A stretch of 64,000 bases of DNA from Eledone cirrhosa (taxonomy: Eukaryota). Shown piece after piece: positions 39,499 through 53,722 of this stretch. Within the stretch, counting starts at the first letter, position 1. The number at the start of each line of letters is the position of its first letter. The translations under genes and the position numbers were made by a program. Location: NCBI GenBank assembly GCA_964016885.1, contig OZ024741.1, positions 84,382,001-84,446,000 on the forward strand, given 5' to 3'. Under the pieces are notes generated by a model. That model did not search any database, had not been told where the DNA came from, and saw only the letters and a list, made by a program, of their open reading frames with translations.

Positions 39499-40179
39499 AT
39501 AATAATAAGTGTGAAGACTACTAAAATCCAAAGAGGGCTCGATAAAGATTAATATGTGGGAAATCTAGATGTACACAGTTATACAATACGAATAAATTAA
39601 AATTGTACGGATGGAATAATTTGGACTACGTGTCTGCTCAGTCAGAGCTGAACTAGATTTAAACAACAATAGAAACAACTACAATCACAACACCAACAAC
39701 AATAAACACCATGCTTCATTTATCTGAAAGCAGAAAGAATTGACTTATGTATTAACTTATTTCCGATTGCTTCTCAAAGACAGTCTTTGACAGCGGTGTA
39801 TTTAGATGCAAATCTGATAAAATCTGTACTGTTAACAGACGCAAAATTTGACGTCGAAGAACTGGGTGACGTGCATAATTAAAATATACAGAACTGAGAT
39901 TTCTTCAGCTGTCTCCATTCTCTTAGCAGAAACTGATAGAAAGTGGAATTATGTCTATTGCTAATATAGCCATCACACGCAGACTTCATTGAATACCATA
40001 TTTTCGCCATAGACTTTAATTTTGACGCCTAAATCATCATAAAAGCAATTTAATGTTTTCACTACAATTTTCGGCCTCAACACGCTAATATCTCTAGTCA
40101 TAAAATATTATTATCGTCGTTACTATTACCATGTTTCATAGAACATTTATCTTGTACCTAGTCAAATGAATTTATCTTG

Positions 40180-40350
40180 ATCATCGTCATTATCATCAAC
40201 ATCATTCTAGTAATCATGTTTATCTTCCCTCTCTTTCTGCTCTGCATTACCATCATCATTGTCACTATTAAAATCACCAACAGCGCTGCCACCACCACTA
40301 ATATCACCAGCTCTATCACTATTATCACTATCACCACCATTGCCACCATC
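40180..40350. repeat. Degenerate (ATC/ACC)n simple repeat
   Basis: Runs of atc/acc triplets. Confidence 0.8.
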
Positions 40351-41461
40351 ATTTTATTTGTGTTGTTGTTATCTTGTTTTCACTGAACTCTGTGTAAAGC
40401 TATGCCCACTTTGTAAGAGAGAACATATTGATTTCTGAGAACTGTCACTTTTATGGTAATGCTGTCTTGTTGGCATTTTGGTCAAGAAAGGTTGGCTGTG
40501 TGGATATGTCTCTATGTGTGTATATTTAAAATGAATGCGTCGGTGAAGATTAGTAGTAAAATGTAACGAAAGCCACTTGATTTTCTTGTTTACTAACTGA
40601 CTAAAGTGAGGTAGTAAAACTAAAGTAATAAAACCAACGTGTCATTTATTTGTTTGGTTATGCAACGTTCAGTTTATGTCGATGGACAAAGCGAATTGTA
40701 CAGAAGATCGAACATAAATTCCGTAGTAGAATAAAGCATTAAAAATAATCTTGTTCAATCATCCAGCTAAACATATTAAATAATTGTCATCTTTGTCTTA
40801 GCCATACATTGAATTCTCATTTCAAATTTAGCCTTGAGGCTAAATAGATTACGTTAACTATCTCAGGTTTGACCACACATTGAATCTTGAATCTTTATTG
40901 AATTTAGACGAGAAACACTCTTTTATAATATGTGTCACGACCTTTTTAGGCAGCAGTTAGATATTATTCATATAGATGTAAATTACTAAGACAGTAATCA
41001 GTAATCCATGACTGAATACTGTCTTACGTTCTTTGATTGTAGTATGAGGTGTGTCCAGATTAATTCCGCTAAGATAAAAGATGTGCAAGTGAAATTTAGT
41101 TGATGAAAACTGGAAGCCCAAATGAAATGAGTGACCACAACGTTTCTTCTTCATTAGTTGAGTTAAAATATAAGCCGGTTAAACATCACCATCTGGCACT
41201 GTCGTTCATGGTGGAGTTCTCCATTCCTGGAAGCTGTCGTGAAAATTATCTTGTCTCAAAATAATGTCCTTCTTTACTTCCCACTACTGTGGGAGCTCCT
41301 AAAAACAGATGTGTAGCATACCCTTATTAATCCAAGTATAAAATTATATAATTTTTAATTTTTGCTGAACCGGCAATCGCTCTGTATAATCAGTTCCTAA
41401 TTATTACTGGAATAAAATAAGAATCCAGCCTCTATAATTTTCGACAGGAGTCGGCGAATGC

Positions 41462-41507
41462 TAGGGTCTGACGAACACCAATATTGTGAAACAGATCTGT
41501 CAGCTTA
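41462..41507 (+). ncRNA. Solo compact type I hammerhead motif
   Basis: UAGGgU-CUGACGA-ACAccaauauUGU-GAAA-CAGAUCUG-UC-AgCUUA; palindromic stem III ACAGAUCUGU. Confidence 0.65.
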
Positions 41508-41656
41508 TCTCCATTCCTTTGCTGAAAAAAGAAATAAGTGACATATTCACTACTTTAAAATAATAGCGCAAGGTCTGCGAAATGTTTTTAATTAAACATA
41601 TTACCAAATATCCTATGCATACGTTCATGTATACATCCCTATTCCAGAGCACCAAT

Positions 41657-41716
<60 letters not shown>

Positions 41717-42505
41717 TAGTTAAGGAAAACAAGACCACAAATTTCACAAGGAAGACATTCTTAAAAGATTGTCAACATATTTTAGTTTGATGTAAGGAAT
41801 GTAGAGAATAATAATAATAATAATATTAATAATAATAATTTCCGTTTACAATTGTTTCGCTACTTCATATAATATTTCTGGATCAGATGAATATATATCA
41901 TAATTGATCTGGTTCAGTTGAAAATAATTAACATATTTAAAAAAACAGTGGCTCATCCGAACACAAAGGAATATAAATTAAAATAGTTACATAATATAAT
42001 GTTCCATATATTGGTTTTTACTATGGTGCCTTGGTTGCATCAGCTGTCAGCCATAATCAAGCCGTATTCATCTGTCGAGGCTGCATTGTGTGAGATCTGC
42101 CTATGGGTAACAAGATGGCTGCCAAAGGGCATATTTACCTTACTAATTAGAGGGTGGTTTCAGGGGAAGTAACTTCTCGAGAGATTAGAGATTGTGTGTA
42201 TGTTATAGTTATGTGCTAGTATTTAAATTATTTAATTGAGAGACAATGTAGCGGAGGTACCTTATAATTATCGAGTTGTTCATAGCAATTTAACTTATTA
42301 GCTACAATTAGAGATGGGGCTACATGACTAAGTTGGGTCAAAAACTCTATTGGCGAAGGAATTAGCCCTTCGATGTTGACAGCTAATGGTTACCTCTGTT
42401 CTATCGTTAATTGGTAGAGGTCGTGATAGAGTTATGTAATATGCTTCCGTAACACAGAGATCACAAGATTTCCTTCGTCCATTGAACGGGTGGGCCCCAA
42501 CTACG

Positions 42506-43832
42506 AGTAGTAAACTTCCTAGACGTCACCCTGGATCTCTACAATAACCTTTATAACCCTTACCATAAACCAGGCGAAATACTCACATATGTTAGCCCAC
42601 ACTCTAACCACCCACCGGCAGTCATCAGAGCAGTAATCAAATCTATCTACTATAGGATCTCAATGCTATCAACAAATGAAGAGATATTTATAAACCACGC
42701 ACAATATTATAATAAGGCTCTCTCTGAATCTGGTTATAAACAATCAACTTATTACATACCAAAATGCCATAACACAGCAACTCACCATAATAAACTTAAC
42801 ACTAGAACTAGAAATACCTTAGCATATAGCCAGATTCGCTGGAATTTTAGCAGTAACAGCACCTATACAGGGAACTTTAATGGTGGCAGCGGCCTGCTCC
42901 CCCCTCCAAGTAGCAAACTAAAAATCAACCCTATAATAGGAATGAGAAATAGGATGACAAATAACAAACCCCCAGGTAATAATAACTCTAGGAAGGCCCC
43001 TACTAACTCCACTAGAACCCCTAGAAGGAATGGACCTATAAATATCACCTGGCTTAACCCACCATTCTCATCTAATCTAGCGACTAATATCCCCAATCGC
43101 TTCTTCTCTATCCTATCCAAACACTTCCCCTCTAACCATAGATATTACAAACTCTTTAATAAAAACAACATTAAAATCTCATTCTCCACAACACCTAACC
43201 TAGCTAGCCACATCGCGTTCAGTAACCATCATAAGCTAAGACAGTATAACTCCCACACCGCGGTACTACCACCCCTATCAAATACACCACGCCACTACAC
43301 CAATAATTACTCTAGTAGCACACCTCCCCCATCTAATCCTTCTAGCATGGACCAACTGCTTAGGTTAAACAACCCTACTCTCACTAACCGCAGAAGCAAC
43401 TGCAACTGTCGGTACCCCAATGCATGCCCATTAAATGGACACTGCCTGACACCCAACATAGTCTATAGGTGCACAGTTGAGACTGCTTCGAGTACCAGCT
43501 CTTATATCGGGTCTACCTCTAGCCATTTTAAGGTACGCTATAACGCGCACTCTTTTTCCTTCCGAGACCCTAGCAACAGAAGTTCGACATCGCTAGCTAG
43601 GCTCATTAAAAACCTTAAATTAAACAAGGTTCAACACTCACTAAAATGGGATATCGTAGCTGGGGCCCAACCGTTCAATGGACGAAGGAAATCTTGTGAT
43701 CTCTGTGTTACGGAAGCATATTACATAACTCTATCACGACCTCTACCAATTAACGATAGAACGGAGTTAACCATTAGATGTCAACATCGAAGGGCTAATT
43801 CCTTCGCCAATAGAGTTTTTGACCCAACTTAG
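42506..43832 (+). CDS. PLE polyprotein C-terminus (RT thumb + GIY-YIG endonuclease), 5' truncated
   Basis: Frame is open from VVNFLDVTLDL...YVSPHSNHPP into the 389-aa ORF; CNCRYPNACPLNGHC, NIVYRCTV...SYIGSTSSHFKVRYNAH, CDLCVTE. Confidence 0.88.
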
Positions 43833-44190
43833 TCATGTAGCCCCATCTCTAATTGTAGCTAATAAGTTAAATTGCTATGAACAACTCGATAATTATAAGT
43901 TACCTCCCCTACACTGTCTCTCAATTAAATAATTTAAATACTAGCACATAACTATAAAATACACACAATCTCTAATCTCTCGAGAAGTTACTTCCCCTGA
44001 ACCCACCCTCTAATTAGTAAGGTAAATATGCCCTTTGACAGCCATCTTGTTACCCATAGGCAGATCTCACACAATGCAGCCTCGACAGATGAATACTGCT
44101 TGATTATGGCTGACAGCTGATGCAACCAAGGCACCATAGTAAAAACCAATATATGGAACATTATATTATGTAACATTATTTTAATTTATA

Positions 44191-44324
44191 TTCCTTTGTG
44201 TTCGGATGAGCCACTCTGTTTTTTTAAATATGTTAATTATTTTCAACTGAACCAGATCAATTATGATATATATTCATCTGATCCAGAAATATTATATGAA
44301 GTAGCGAAACAATTGTAAACGGAA
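44191..44324 (+). ncRNA. Hammerhead-like motif (CGGAUGA core) in P2 pseudo-LTR; mirror copy at ~41840-41970 (-)
   Basis: GUU-CGGAUGA-GCcACU...AGUaGC-GAAA-CAAUUG-UA-AACGGAA; palindromic stem III ACAAUUGU. Confidence 0.55.
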
Positions 44325-44610
44325 ATTATTATTATTAATATTATTATTATTATTATTCTCTACATTCCTTACATCAAACTAAAATATGTTGACAATCTTT
44401 TAAGAATGTCTTCCTTGTAAAATTTGTGGTCTTGTTTTGCTTAACTGCGCACCTAACCTCTGCATGGACCTAGCCACCTAGCTGCTTTCTACTGCATATT
44501 GCACATTGAGACATGCCTTTACGCTTTGGCTTCTAACTAACTCACCAATCTTTCCTCTCATATCTCCTTAACTATCTCCATCTCTCTCTTTAAGATTGGT
44601 TACTCTCGAA

Positions 44611-44643
<33 letters not shown>

Positions 44644-44721
44644 AGTATGTATGTATGTATACGTACATTTAAGTAAGTGCCGTACTAAGAGTGAGAAATG
44701 AAATTTCGTTCATTCTATTCC

Positions 44722-44757
<36 letters not shown>

Positions 44758-44758
44758 C

Positions 44759-44871
44759 CAGTATTCTGATGATTTGATCAGGCATAGAGTGTAATTAAGG
44801 TCGAGTAACGTAACTTCTAACGATCAGCAGCTTTTAGACTCACCTCATTAAAGAAACAATTGTTAATGCTG
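44759..44871 (+). ncRNA. Type I hammerhead motif in a ~165-bp island between (TA)n tracts
   Basis: CAGUAUU-CUGAUGA-UUUGAU...AUUAAA-GAAA-CAAUUG-UU-AAUGCUG; 7-bp stem I. Confidence 0.72.
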
Positions 44872-44917
44872 TAAATAAACCCTTCTGTACAGCCGACCAT
44901 GTTATTCTTCATTCTTT

Positions 44918-44984
<67 letters not shown>

Positions 44985-44987
<3 letters not shown>

Positions 44988-46027
44988 CTTGTGTATATAT
45001 TTATTTATATTTCTCTTAAGTCAGTATTGTTTGTTTGGGTATAGTTGTTGTTGTTATTCCATTCATTTTTTCTGTTTAGCTTTGGCTTTCTAGCTCTATT
45101 TTGCTGGCTTCTCTGATTTGCCTACCTGTTGGGTCATTTCTATGTTTAGATATTATTTTAATTTCTATGTTGTCTATGTTACCGTCATGTTGTTGTCTGG
45201 CGTGTTCGTATAGTACTGAACCGTTTTTTGTCTTTTAATTCCCCCAGTGTTGGTCTATTCTTTCTCCTATGCTTCGAGCTGTCTCGCCTATGTATGTCGT
45301 TGTTATGTTTCTGCAAGTACCCTCTGTACATCTTATGCTATAAACTACATTTCTAGTTTTACAGTTTATCTGGGGGTTTACTTTACATATAACACATTTC
45401 TTATTAGTACAGTGGGTTTTCTTAATGGGGTGTATTTTGCTGATCAAGGATTTTATGGTAGTTCCTGGTTTTTCTACATTGGTTGCTGGCCTTTCTACAT
45501 TGGTTAGCTAATTTCCCTCCAGGAGTAGCATCCACGAACATGACACTCTGGTATCTCTGCTTGCGGTGCCATGAGGTGGTTTTCCCTATCTTATGTTTAG
45601 TCCTATCTAAGCTATTCCATGATTTACTCCTGTATAATGGGCAAATTCCTTTCATGTCCAGTTCTATGAGGGTCTTATACTTCTCCGTGGCTCCTTTGTA
45701 TATTCTGATTCTGTCTCTTTCGTTGTAGCCAGAGAACTGCATGAGGTTGATGAAGTGTTGGATGTGTCTTTCCATTTCTGTTGGGTCGCACATGCGGGAC
45801 ACGTTCTTCATCACTCATACCAAGTCTGCAATCAGAATATTAAACTTAGCACTACTGGATATTGCTGAGTTTTTGAGTATCAGGTACTTGGAGGCCATAG
45901 TGTGAGTGGAGGATTTGGCCCTCTCGTCTATGGTGTTAATCCAGAGTTCCGTGTCTAATACAGGTAGTCTATTGTTAGGGTGTTTGGAAGGGTAGTCAAC
46001 AGCTACAGTTATACTCTGGTGTATGGA
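44985..46027 (-). mobile_element. Penelope-like element family P3 fragment (RT thumb + GIY-YIG), frameshifted
   Basis: VDYPSKHPNNRLPVLD, MQFSGYN, MFVDATPGGKLA, CVIC...CKTRNVVYSIRC...YIGETARSIGERIDQH. Confidence 0.85.
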
Positions 46028-46104
46028 AAAGTCTTCGTGGGAAAATGCGTCTAGATTTCGCTATATACATATACATACATCATACAAACGTATCTAAAGT
46101 CTGT

Positions 46105-46372
46105 CTTAAGCCAGAAGGCTCATTTGGCCGGTGTTTATCTCGCTTTCATGGCGTGAAGCGACTGAGAGCACAAGACGCCCCGCACCGGCCCTAGATAGGA
46201 CGCCAGTGCATCGCAGGGTTAAGCCCCCAGATATTCCTGGTACTCATTTTCAGCTGAGTATACTGGAGCAACGTGAAATGAAGTGTTTTGCTCAAAAAAA
46301 TAACACGCAACCCAGGAATCGAACCCATGACGTTATGATCCAACTTCCTTACCACTAGGTCACGTGCTTCCA
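46105..46372 (-). mobile_element. SINE family B
   Basis: caggaatcgaaccc is a reverse-complement B-box; homologous to 6679-6945. Confidence 0.75.
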
Positions 46373-46467
46373 CTCATACAAACGTATACATATATATGTA
46401 CTATTATATATATATATATATCCCTATTATGATATATTTACACACACACACAGACACAGACACACAA

Positions 46468-46538
<71 letters not shown>

Positions 46539-46693
46539 ACAAAGAGGGTGTGGTAAGATACCAGGTGGACCATAACGCACCAGAGTACTCAATACTTATG
46601 TTATTAGAGTGGGTAATAGGAAAACAGTCGGGACCCCGACGGTCGCTTTCCGGCGTCATACATAACAATTAACAATGTTTCTTTCTCCCTCTC

Positions 46694-47789
<1,096 letters not shown>

Positions 47790-47798
<9 letters not shown>

Positions 47799-50048
47799 CG
47801 TATTTAAGAAAGCCACAACAATGCAAAGGGAAATCTCGAGGTAGGAAGTGAAATATAGATAGGAAAAACAGGTGAAAGTGAAAGTTGAGAGAGACAAAGA
47901 TGAAAACAAAACAAAGGTAGAAGGGTTACCGTAGTAGAGATTTAATCCCAATATTTCGGGCTCACGCCCATCAACGGGGGAAAAGTTCCAAAAGGGGGGA
48001 AAACAGGCCAAGCGGAGAAAGTGGTGATGTCGTTAAGACAGGAATGCCGTTATGGGGAGAAAAATATTTAAAATTTAAACGAGGGAAAGAATGCGCGTGC
48101 GCGTGATAAGCTGTGGCAAAAGCTACTGACCAAATGGGTTAAATCAAGAGGGTGCGTTAGCGTGTGAAAGCCGTAAGATATGTGTATGTAAATATATATG
48201 TGTGTGTGACTGTGTGTGTATAAGTGTAAGTGTGTATATGTGTGAGTGTGTGTGTGTGTGAAAGATAGTGGGCTGTAGAAGTTGGAAATGAAAGGGTGTG
48301 AAAGGTGGTAGGTTGTAAAATATGTGTGCGTGTATAAATATAGATGTGTGTGTGTGTAAGCGTATGGGTATACATGTGTGTGTGTAACTGTGTGTGTATA
48401 TGTGTGAGTGCGTTTGTGTGTGAAAGATAGTGGGCTGTAGAAGCTGGAAATCAAAGGGTGTGAAAGGTGGTAGGTTGTAAAAACATGTGTGCGTGTAAAA
48501 TATAGAAGTGTGTGTGCATGCGTATGGGTATGCATATACGTGCGTGTGTGTGACGATAGCAGGCCGTAGGCTGTGAATGGTCATTATGGTTAAGTTAGCC
48601 ATGTCAGCTCATTTCTCTCAGCCCGGTTGTTAAGTGGGGGTCTGAGGTTCTTAATAACAAGTGCTTCCTTTATCCTTAAGGATCCGATGCTGCGTTCAGT
48701 CGCTAGGACTGTGACCAAGAGTCTACCTTGTGGGTTTCCGCATTTAAGGATATGTTTACGGAAGGAAGATGCGTTGGTGTTGATATGTTCCTTGATACGA
48801 ACATGTAGGGGTCGGATGGTGCTACCTATGTAAAACTTGTTACATTTATCGCATTGAATCTTATATACGACATAGGTGCGTAGGCAATCTGCCCCCCGTA
48901 TCGGGCAGTTGCTGAGGGAACACGTGCCATCTGCCTCGTAGGGTTTGTTGGAGAGGCATCTACGCAGCGAAGGTCCTGTGTGGGCCAAATGTATGTCAAG
49001 TCCCTCCGTCCGTATGGCCCTGCGGATGGCGTTCGTGGTATATTCACTCAGGTGGGGGATTTTAAAGAAGCACCTGCTAATATTAAGTTTTCTAGTGGGT
49101 GTCAGTCTACTGGGTCTGGGGTCTCTAATTCCGTTAATCAGTCGCTTGGGATAACCATTAGATCTGAGTAGATTACGGAATTGCGTGGTATGGGTGAGAC
49201 CACCCATCGGGTCGTTGCATCTGTTAGTGATCCGTGTCAGTTTATTTAGGACATAGCCTCTCTTAGCGTTGTTGGGGAGGGCTGAGTTATAATGCACAAA
49301 TAAGTCCTTGCACGCTGCTTTGCGGTAGAAAGTGGTGTTTATGTCTCCTTCTTCCGAGATGTTGATACGGAAGTCGAGGAGGGCGAGTGACCCGTCTTCT
49401 CCTGGGTGTTCGATGGTGAAATCGATGTGTTGGTCAGTATCGTTGAAGATTTGGTGAATTTCATTCGCCATCTCCCGGGAAGAAGTAAGTATCAGGATAT
49501 CATCAACGTATCTGGAGTAGAAGGCGACGGCGTTGGGTTGGCAGGTATTGAGTGCCTTGCGTTCCAGATGGTCCATGTACGAGATCGCAAGTATGCCGGA
49601 CAGACTAGAGCCCATAGGTAGCCCAGAGATTTGTTTGTACGTGTGGCCGAGGAAATTGAAGAGTGCATTATCCACAACGAAGGAGAGGAGTTGGTGGATG
49701 TCCGTGTGTGTGAGTCCGAAGCAGTGTAAGTTAGATGCTCGGACTCGTTCGGTCAACAGGTCGACAGCTGGGGATGCTGGTACGGAGGTATAAAGGGCGA
49801 CCACATCAAGACTGAAGGCATAACCGTTGTCCTTTCTGGTGTTGGGCGCCAAATGGTGTAGTCGCTCCAAGACTTCCTTTGAGCTGCAGACGTGGGCTGG
49901 TAGTGTGTGTAGAATAGGTTTCAGTAGTGTGGAGAGCAGCCACGATATTTTATAGAGTGGGCCCTCCAGGCTAGAGACAATGGGCCTGATTTTCAAATCG
50001 GGTCCTTGTTTATGTGTTTTGACCAGGTGGTAGAAGGTGGGTAATTTG

Positions 50049-50050
<2 letters not shown>
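47790..50050 (-). mobile_element. Penelope/Poseidon-type element family P4, 5'-truncated, inserted in (TA)n
   Basis: RT+GIY-YIG ORF, 3' region with a ~162-bp tandem repeat (48260/48422) and a terminal HHR-like hairpin at ~47946-47981. Confidence 0.9.
48590..50050 (-). CDS. PLE reverse transcriptase + GIY-YIG endonuclease (uninterrupted frame, N-terminus missing)
   Basis: KIRPIVS, SLDVVALYTSVP, QISGLPMGSSLS, YSRYVDDIL, LALLD, FYRK, VVYKIQCDKCNKFYIGSTIRPLHVRIKEH, LRIKEAL...PPLN. Confidence 0.95.
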
Positions 50051-50118
<68 letters not shown>

Positions 50119-50236
50119 TATATATTAATATATATATATATCCAAAATTAAATTAAGGTTGTCATGTCTGAGAGACATGCGCCATATTCACTGCAGAATA
50201 AACTCAAAGATTCCAATGAATAGATCCGAGCATTTT

Positions 50237-50825
50237 ATATCAACTGGAAATAGATTGACACATATATATATAAAATAAACACATGAAACAATCTCAGGGA
50301 ATAATTTGTAAAGTGTGTAAGCACGCATAGCTAGGTAGGTAACTAATTAAAGTTTAACTAGAACTTCAAATATAGATACCTTTGAAAATAATTAATCTCC
50401 TTTGTATATATTTCTTTAAATAAAAAATATATTTCACCAATTAACCAGTAAATCACACCGGTCAAAAATCGGATGGTTACCAAAACAGAAGATCCAACCA
50501 TCTGCGTTTACACATCAAATGCAAATCTGTGAATGACTCGAACCACGTGTTGCATTTTATAAAAAATACAGACACCGGGTGACCATCCGGGATTTGACCG
50601 CTGAGATTTACTGGTTAATTGGTGAAATATATTTTTTTATTTAAAGAAATATATACAAAGGAGATTAATCATTTTAAAAGGTATCTATATTTGAAGTTCT
50701 AGTTAAACTTTAATTAGTTACCTACCTAGCTATGTGTGCTTACACACTTTACAAATTATTCCCTGAGATTGTTTCATGTGTTTATTTTATATATATATAT
50801 GTGTCAATCTATTTCTAGTTGATAT
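50237..50825. repeat. Foldback element with ~245-bp near-identical inverted arms
   Basis: 50237-50481 is the reverse complement of 50578-50825; spacer about 96 bp. Confidence 0.92.
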
Positions 50826-50831
50826 TAATAT

Positions 50832-51017
50832 CGGTGGATAGGCAGTATCGGTAGAGGGTCTGACGCCATGCTTTCCAGCATAGTTACGTCCCTTTACGTT
50901 CTGAGTTCAAATCCCGCCGAGGTTGACTTTGCCTTTCATCCTTACGGGGTCGATAAAATAAAGTACCAGTAATGCACTGGATAATTGTTGGCCTTGTGCC
51001 TAAAGTAGAAACAATTA
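50832..51017 (+). mobile_element. SINE family A
   Basis: Homologous to 8698-8888. Confidence 0.88.
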
Positions 51018-51320
51018 ATATATATATAAAGAGATAGATAGATAGATATATAATATATATATATGTACATATTAATATATATATATATATATATAAAAAA
51101 TTGTAATCTGAGTTTTTCGAATATTAATAGTAACATTCGATTCGTTTGCAATTATGCAAACATGCCTCAATTATATAGCCATGTCAGTAGAATGAACCCT
51201 TCATTCTTGTTCTTGTGTTGGCATGTAAACACAACTGCAGACACTAATGTTTCTGAGTATCACCCTTCACCAGAACAGCTCACTATTCACCTGCCAACTG
51301 TCACTGCTAGTGAAAATATA

Positions 51321-51597
51321 TGCTATTTTCTAAAATATACAGTGACTGATCGGCCTGATTAGCATATTAGCAGACTGGCTGATTAGTCAGGTCTGCATAT
51401 TAGCAGATCCACTGATCAGCCAGATTTGCATATATGTAGACTGGCCAGTTAATTTCCTCTATACGAGCGATAAATGGCCGACTGATATGCAAATCTGGCT
51501 GATCAGTGGATCTGCTAATATGCAAATCTGACTGATCAGCCAGTCTGCTAATATGTAAATGAGGCCGATCAGTCAATATATATTTTAGAAAATAGCA
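51321..51597. mobile_element. Palindromic MITE/foldback-like element with internal subrepeats
   Basis: tgctattttctaaaatata ... tatattttagaaaatagca ends; repeated gcatattagcaga / ctgatcag motifs mirrored. Confidence 0.7.
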
Positions 51598-52129
51598 GTC
51601 TGCTAATATTAAATTATATTGAAATAAGAATATTTGAAGACTATGACGTTCGTATTCATGTCTTCATTCCTTATCAAGACTTATTGAAGTGAATGAAGGT
51701 TTCTACCAACATGCAGCAGTGTTTTACATAGTGATTCTCACAATATCAAATATGTCTTTCTTATTCAATGGATAACTGGATATAAAAAGAAACCACCCAA
51801 ACACGTTCATCTTCATTTATTTTTGCCTAAAAGAGAAACAGCTTGTGAATTTACGACTATCCTGAGAGAAAGAGATAAAGAATGTAAAAAAGAAAAATCT
51901 AATAGATTTATTTCCGTGACTTAACTAGAATTTATGTAGTATTAGCATTGTAAGGTATAGAAAACTTAAGCAAAGATGGTCTAGGTTTGATTTGATGTTT
52001 TATTTTAATACAAGCCACAGAGTAATGATGAGAAAGAAATAAATGAAAATTCTTGACACAGAGCTAGCGGATATTTTAATAAACTATCTCGTAAGTGACG
52101 TACAACAGTAGATAGGTTTGCTGTTATCG

Positions 52130-52460
52130 CTACTCCAACAACTACAGCAACTACTACTACTACTGCTACTGGTGCTGCTACTACTACTACTTCTACTGCT
52201 ACTGGTGCTGCTGCTGCTGCTACTACTACTACTACTAATACTAATACTATTTCTAATACTACTACTGCTACTACTACTACTTCTACTTCTACGACGACAT
52301 GACGAAGACGATGATAACAATGACTAATACTACTACTACTACTACTATTACAACGACAACGGTGACGACAACGATGACGATGAACACGACCACGACCACG
52401 ACCACGATTACTACCACTTCTACTACCACTTCTACTACTACTACTACTACTACTACTACT
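52130..52460. repeat. Compound trinucleotide microsatellite (CTA/CTG/ACG)
   Basis: Runs of cta, ctg, acg and cca triplets. Confidence 0.9.
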
Positions 52461-52852
52461 ATCTCATTAATAATCATGACCCTTGTCAGAGTGATGCGCT
52501 GCTAAATTAGCATCACACACACATACACGCACATACAGCGATACGTGCCTACAAACACAAATATATACAAAACAAGCAAACACAGGTACGCACTCATGTG
52601 AAAACACACACAAACATAGGCACATCTTGATGCCTGCGTGCAAGAAATCGAAGGTAAATTTGAATTTAAAAAACAAATTTTAAAATTAGAATAGCAGACG
52701 AAAATTCTCAACAAGAAAAATGCAGATGGAATCTTTTGAGATTAACATTTTTTAAATGTAATTTAAACGAAAAACTAAACTAAACTAACCAATGAAAAAA
52801 AAAGATACCAGACTTATTTGGTTCGTTTGAAGCTTTTACTTTATCTAAAAAA

Positions 52853-53040
52853 TAATTGTTTTCTACTTTAGGCACAAGGCCAGCAATTAAACAGTTCATT
52901 ACTGGTACTTTATTTTATCGACCCTGTAAGGATGAAAGGCAAAGTCAACCTCGGCGGGATTTGAACTCAGATCGTAAAGGGACATAACTATGCTGGAAAG
53001 CATGGCGTCCGACCCTTTCCCGATACTGCCAATCCACCGC
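52853..53040 (-). mobile_element. SINE family A
   Basis: Reverse complement of 50832-51017. Confidence 0.88.
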
Positions 53041-53640
53041 TCTTATCACCCTTATTAATAATTAATTCTTTTTAACATTGACACATGGCCAGTAAATTTG
53101 GGCAAGTGGAAAATCGATTATATTGACCCCAGTTCTTAAGTGATACTTTATTTTACTCCTCTATAAAAACTACTTTTACAAGTTCATACCAAAATCGCAC
53201 AGCTAAGAAGAATTCACTGGGGAGTTTACCTCCATCTCGAAAGGGTTTAAGAAAAATCATGGCAACTAAAATTGTACATAAATAAATAATTAAAAAATAG
53301 ACAAATAAATTTAAAAAATTAAAAATAGACAAATAAATAAATAAATAAATAAAATTCTGATGATTAAAAACATCTGCAGACTAGTTAGTTTGTTTTGAGA
53401 CTAAATCATTTCTTGATGTCTAATTGTAAATCGTAGTAATTGTTGCTTTTTATGGTCTCACACTGCCTTAGTCTATTTTGATTTTTCCTATGTATTGTTG
53501 CATTATTTTGTTTGATACATTGGTTTATTTATTTTTTTTTTTTTATATGACGTTTTCTGATATCTGAATCTGCTTTATGAGTGTGTGTATATGCTAGTAT
53601 GTATATATAAACACTGACATACACACATATATTATAAATA

Positions 53641-53722
<82 letters not shown>

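Larger units (their letters stand above)
41717..44613 (+). mobile_element. Penelope-like element family P2: 5'-truncated with an inverted ~790-bp pseudo-LTR, inserted in (TA)n
   Basis: 41717-42505 is the reverse complement of 43654-44446; (TA)n on both sides. Confidence 0.92.

Noticed and set aside
40158-40386. Hydrophobic transmembrane-like ORFs
   Set aside because: Derived from degenerate (ATC)n repeat; open on both strands.
47946-47981. Functional HHR at the P4 terminus
   Set aside because: The GGGC-GUGA-GCCC-GAAA hairpin is clear but the core reads CCGUUGA; treated as degenerate.
52084-52505. Poly-Ser/Leu/Val/Thr ORFs (mucin-like or membrane protein)
   Set aside because: Compound trinucleotide microsatellite open in several frames.
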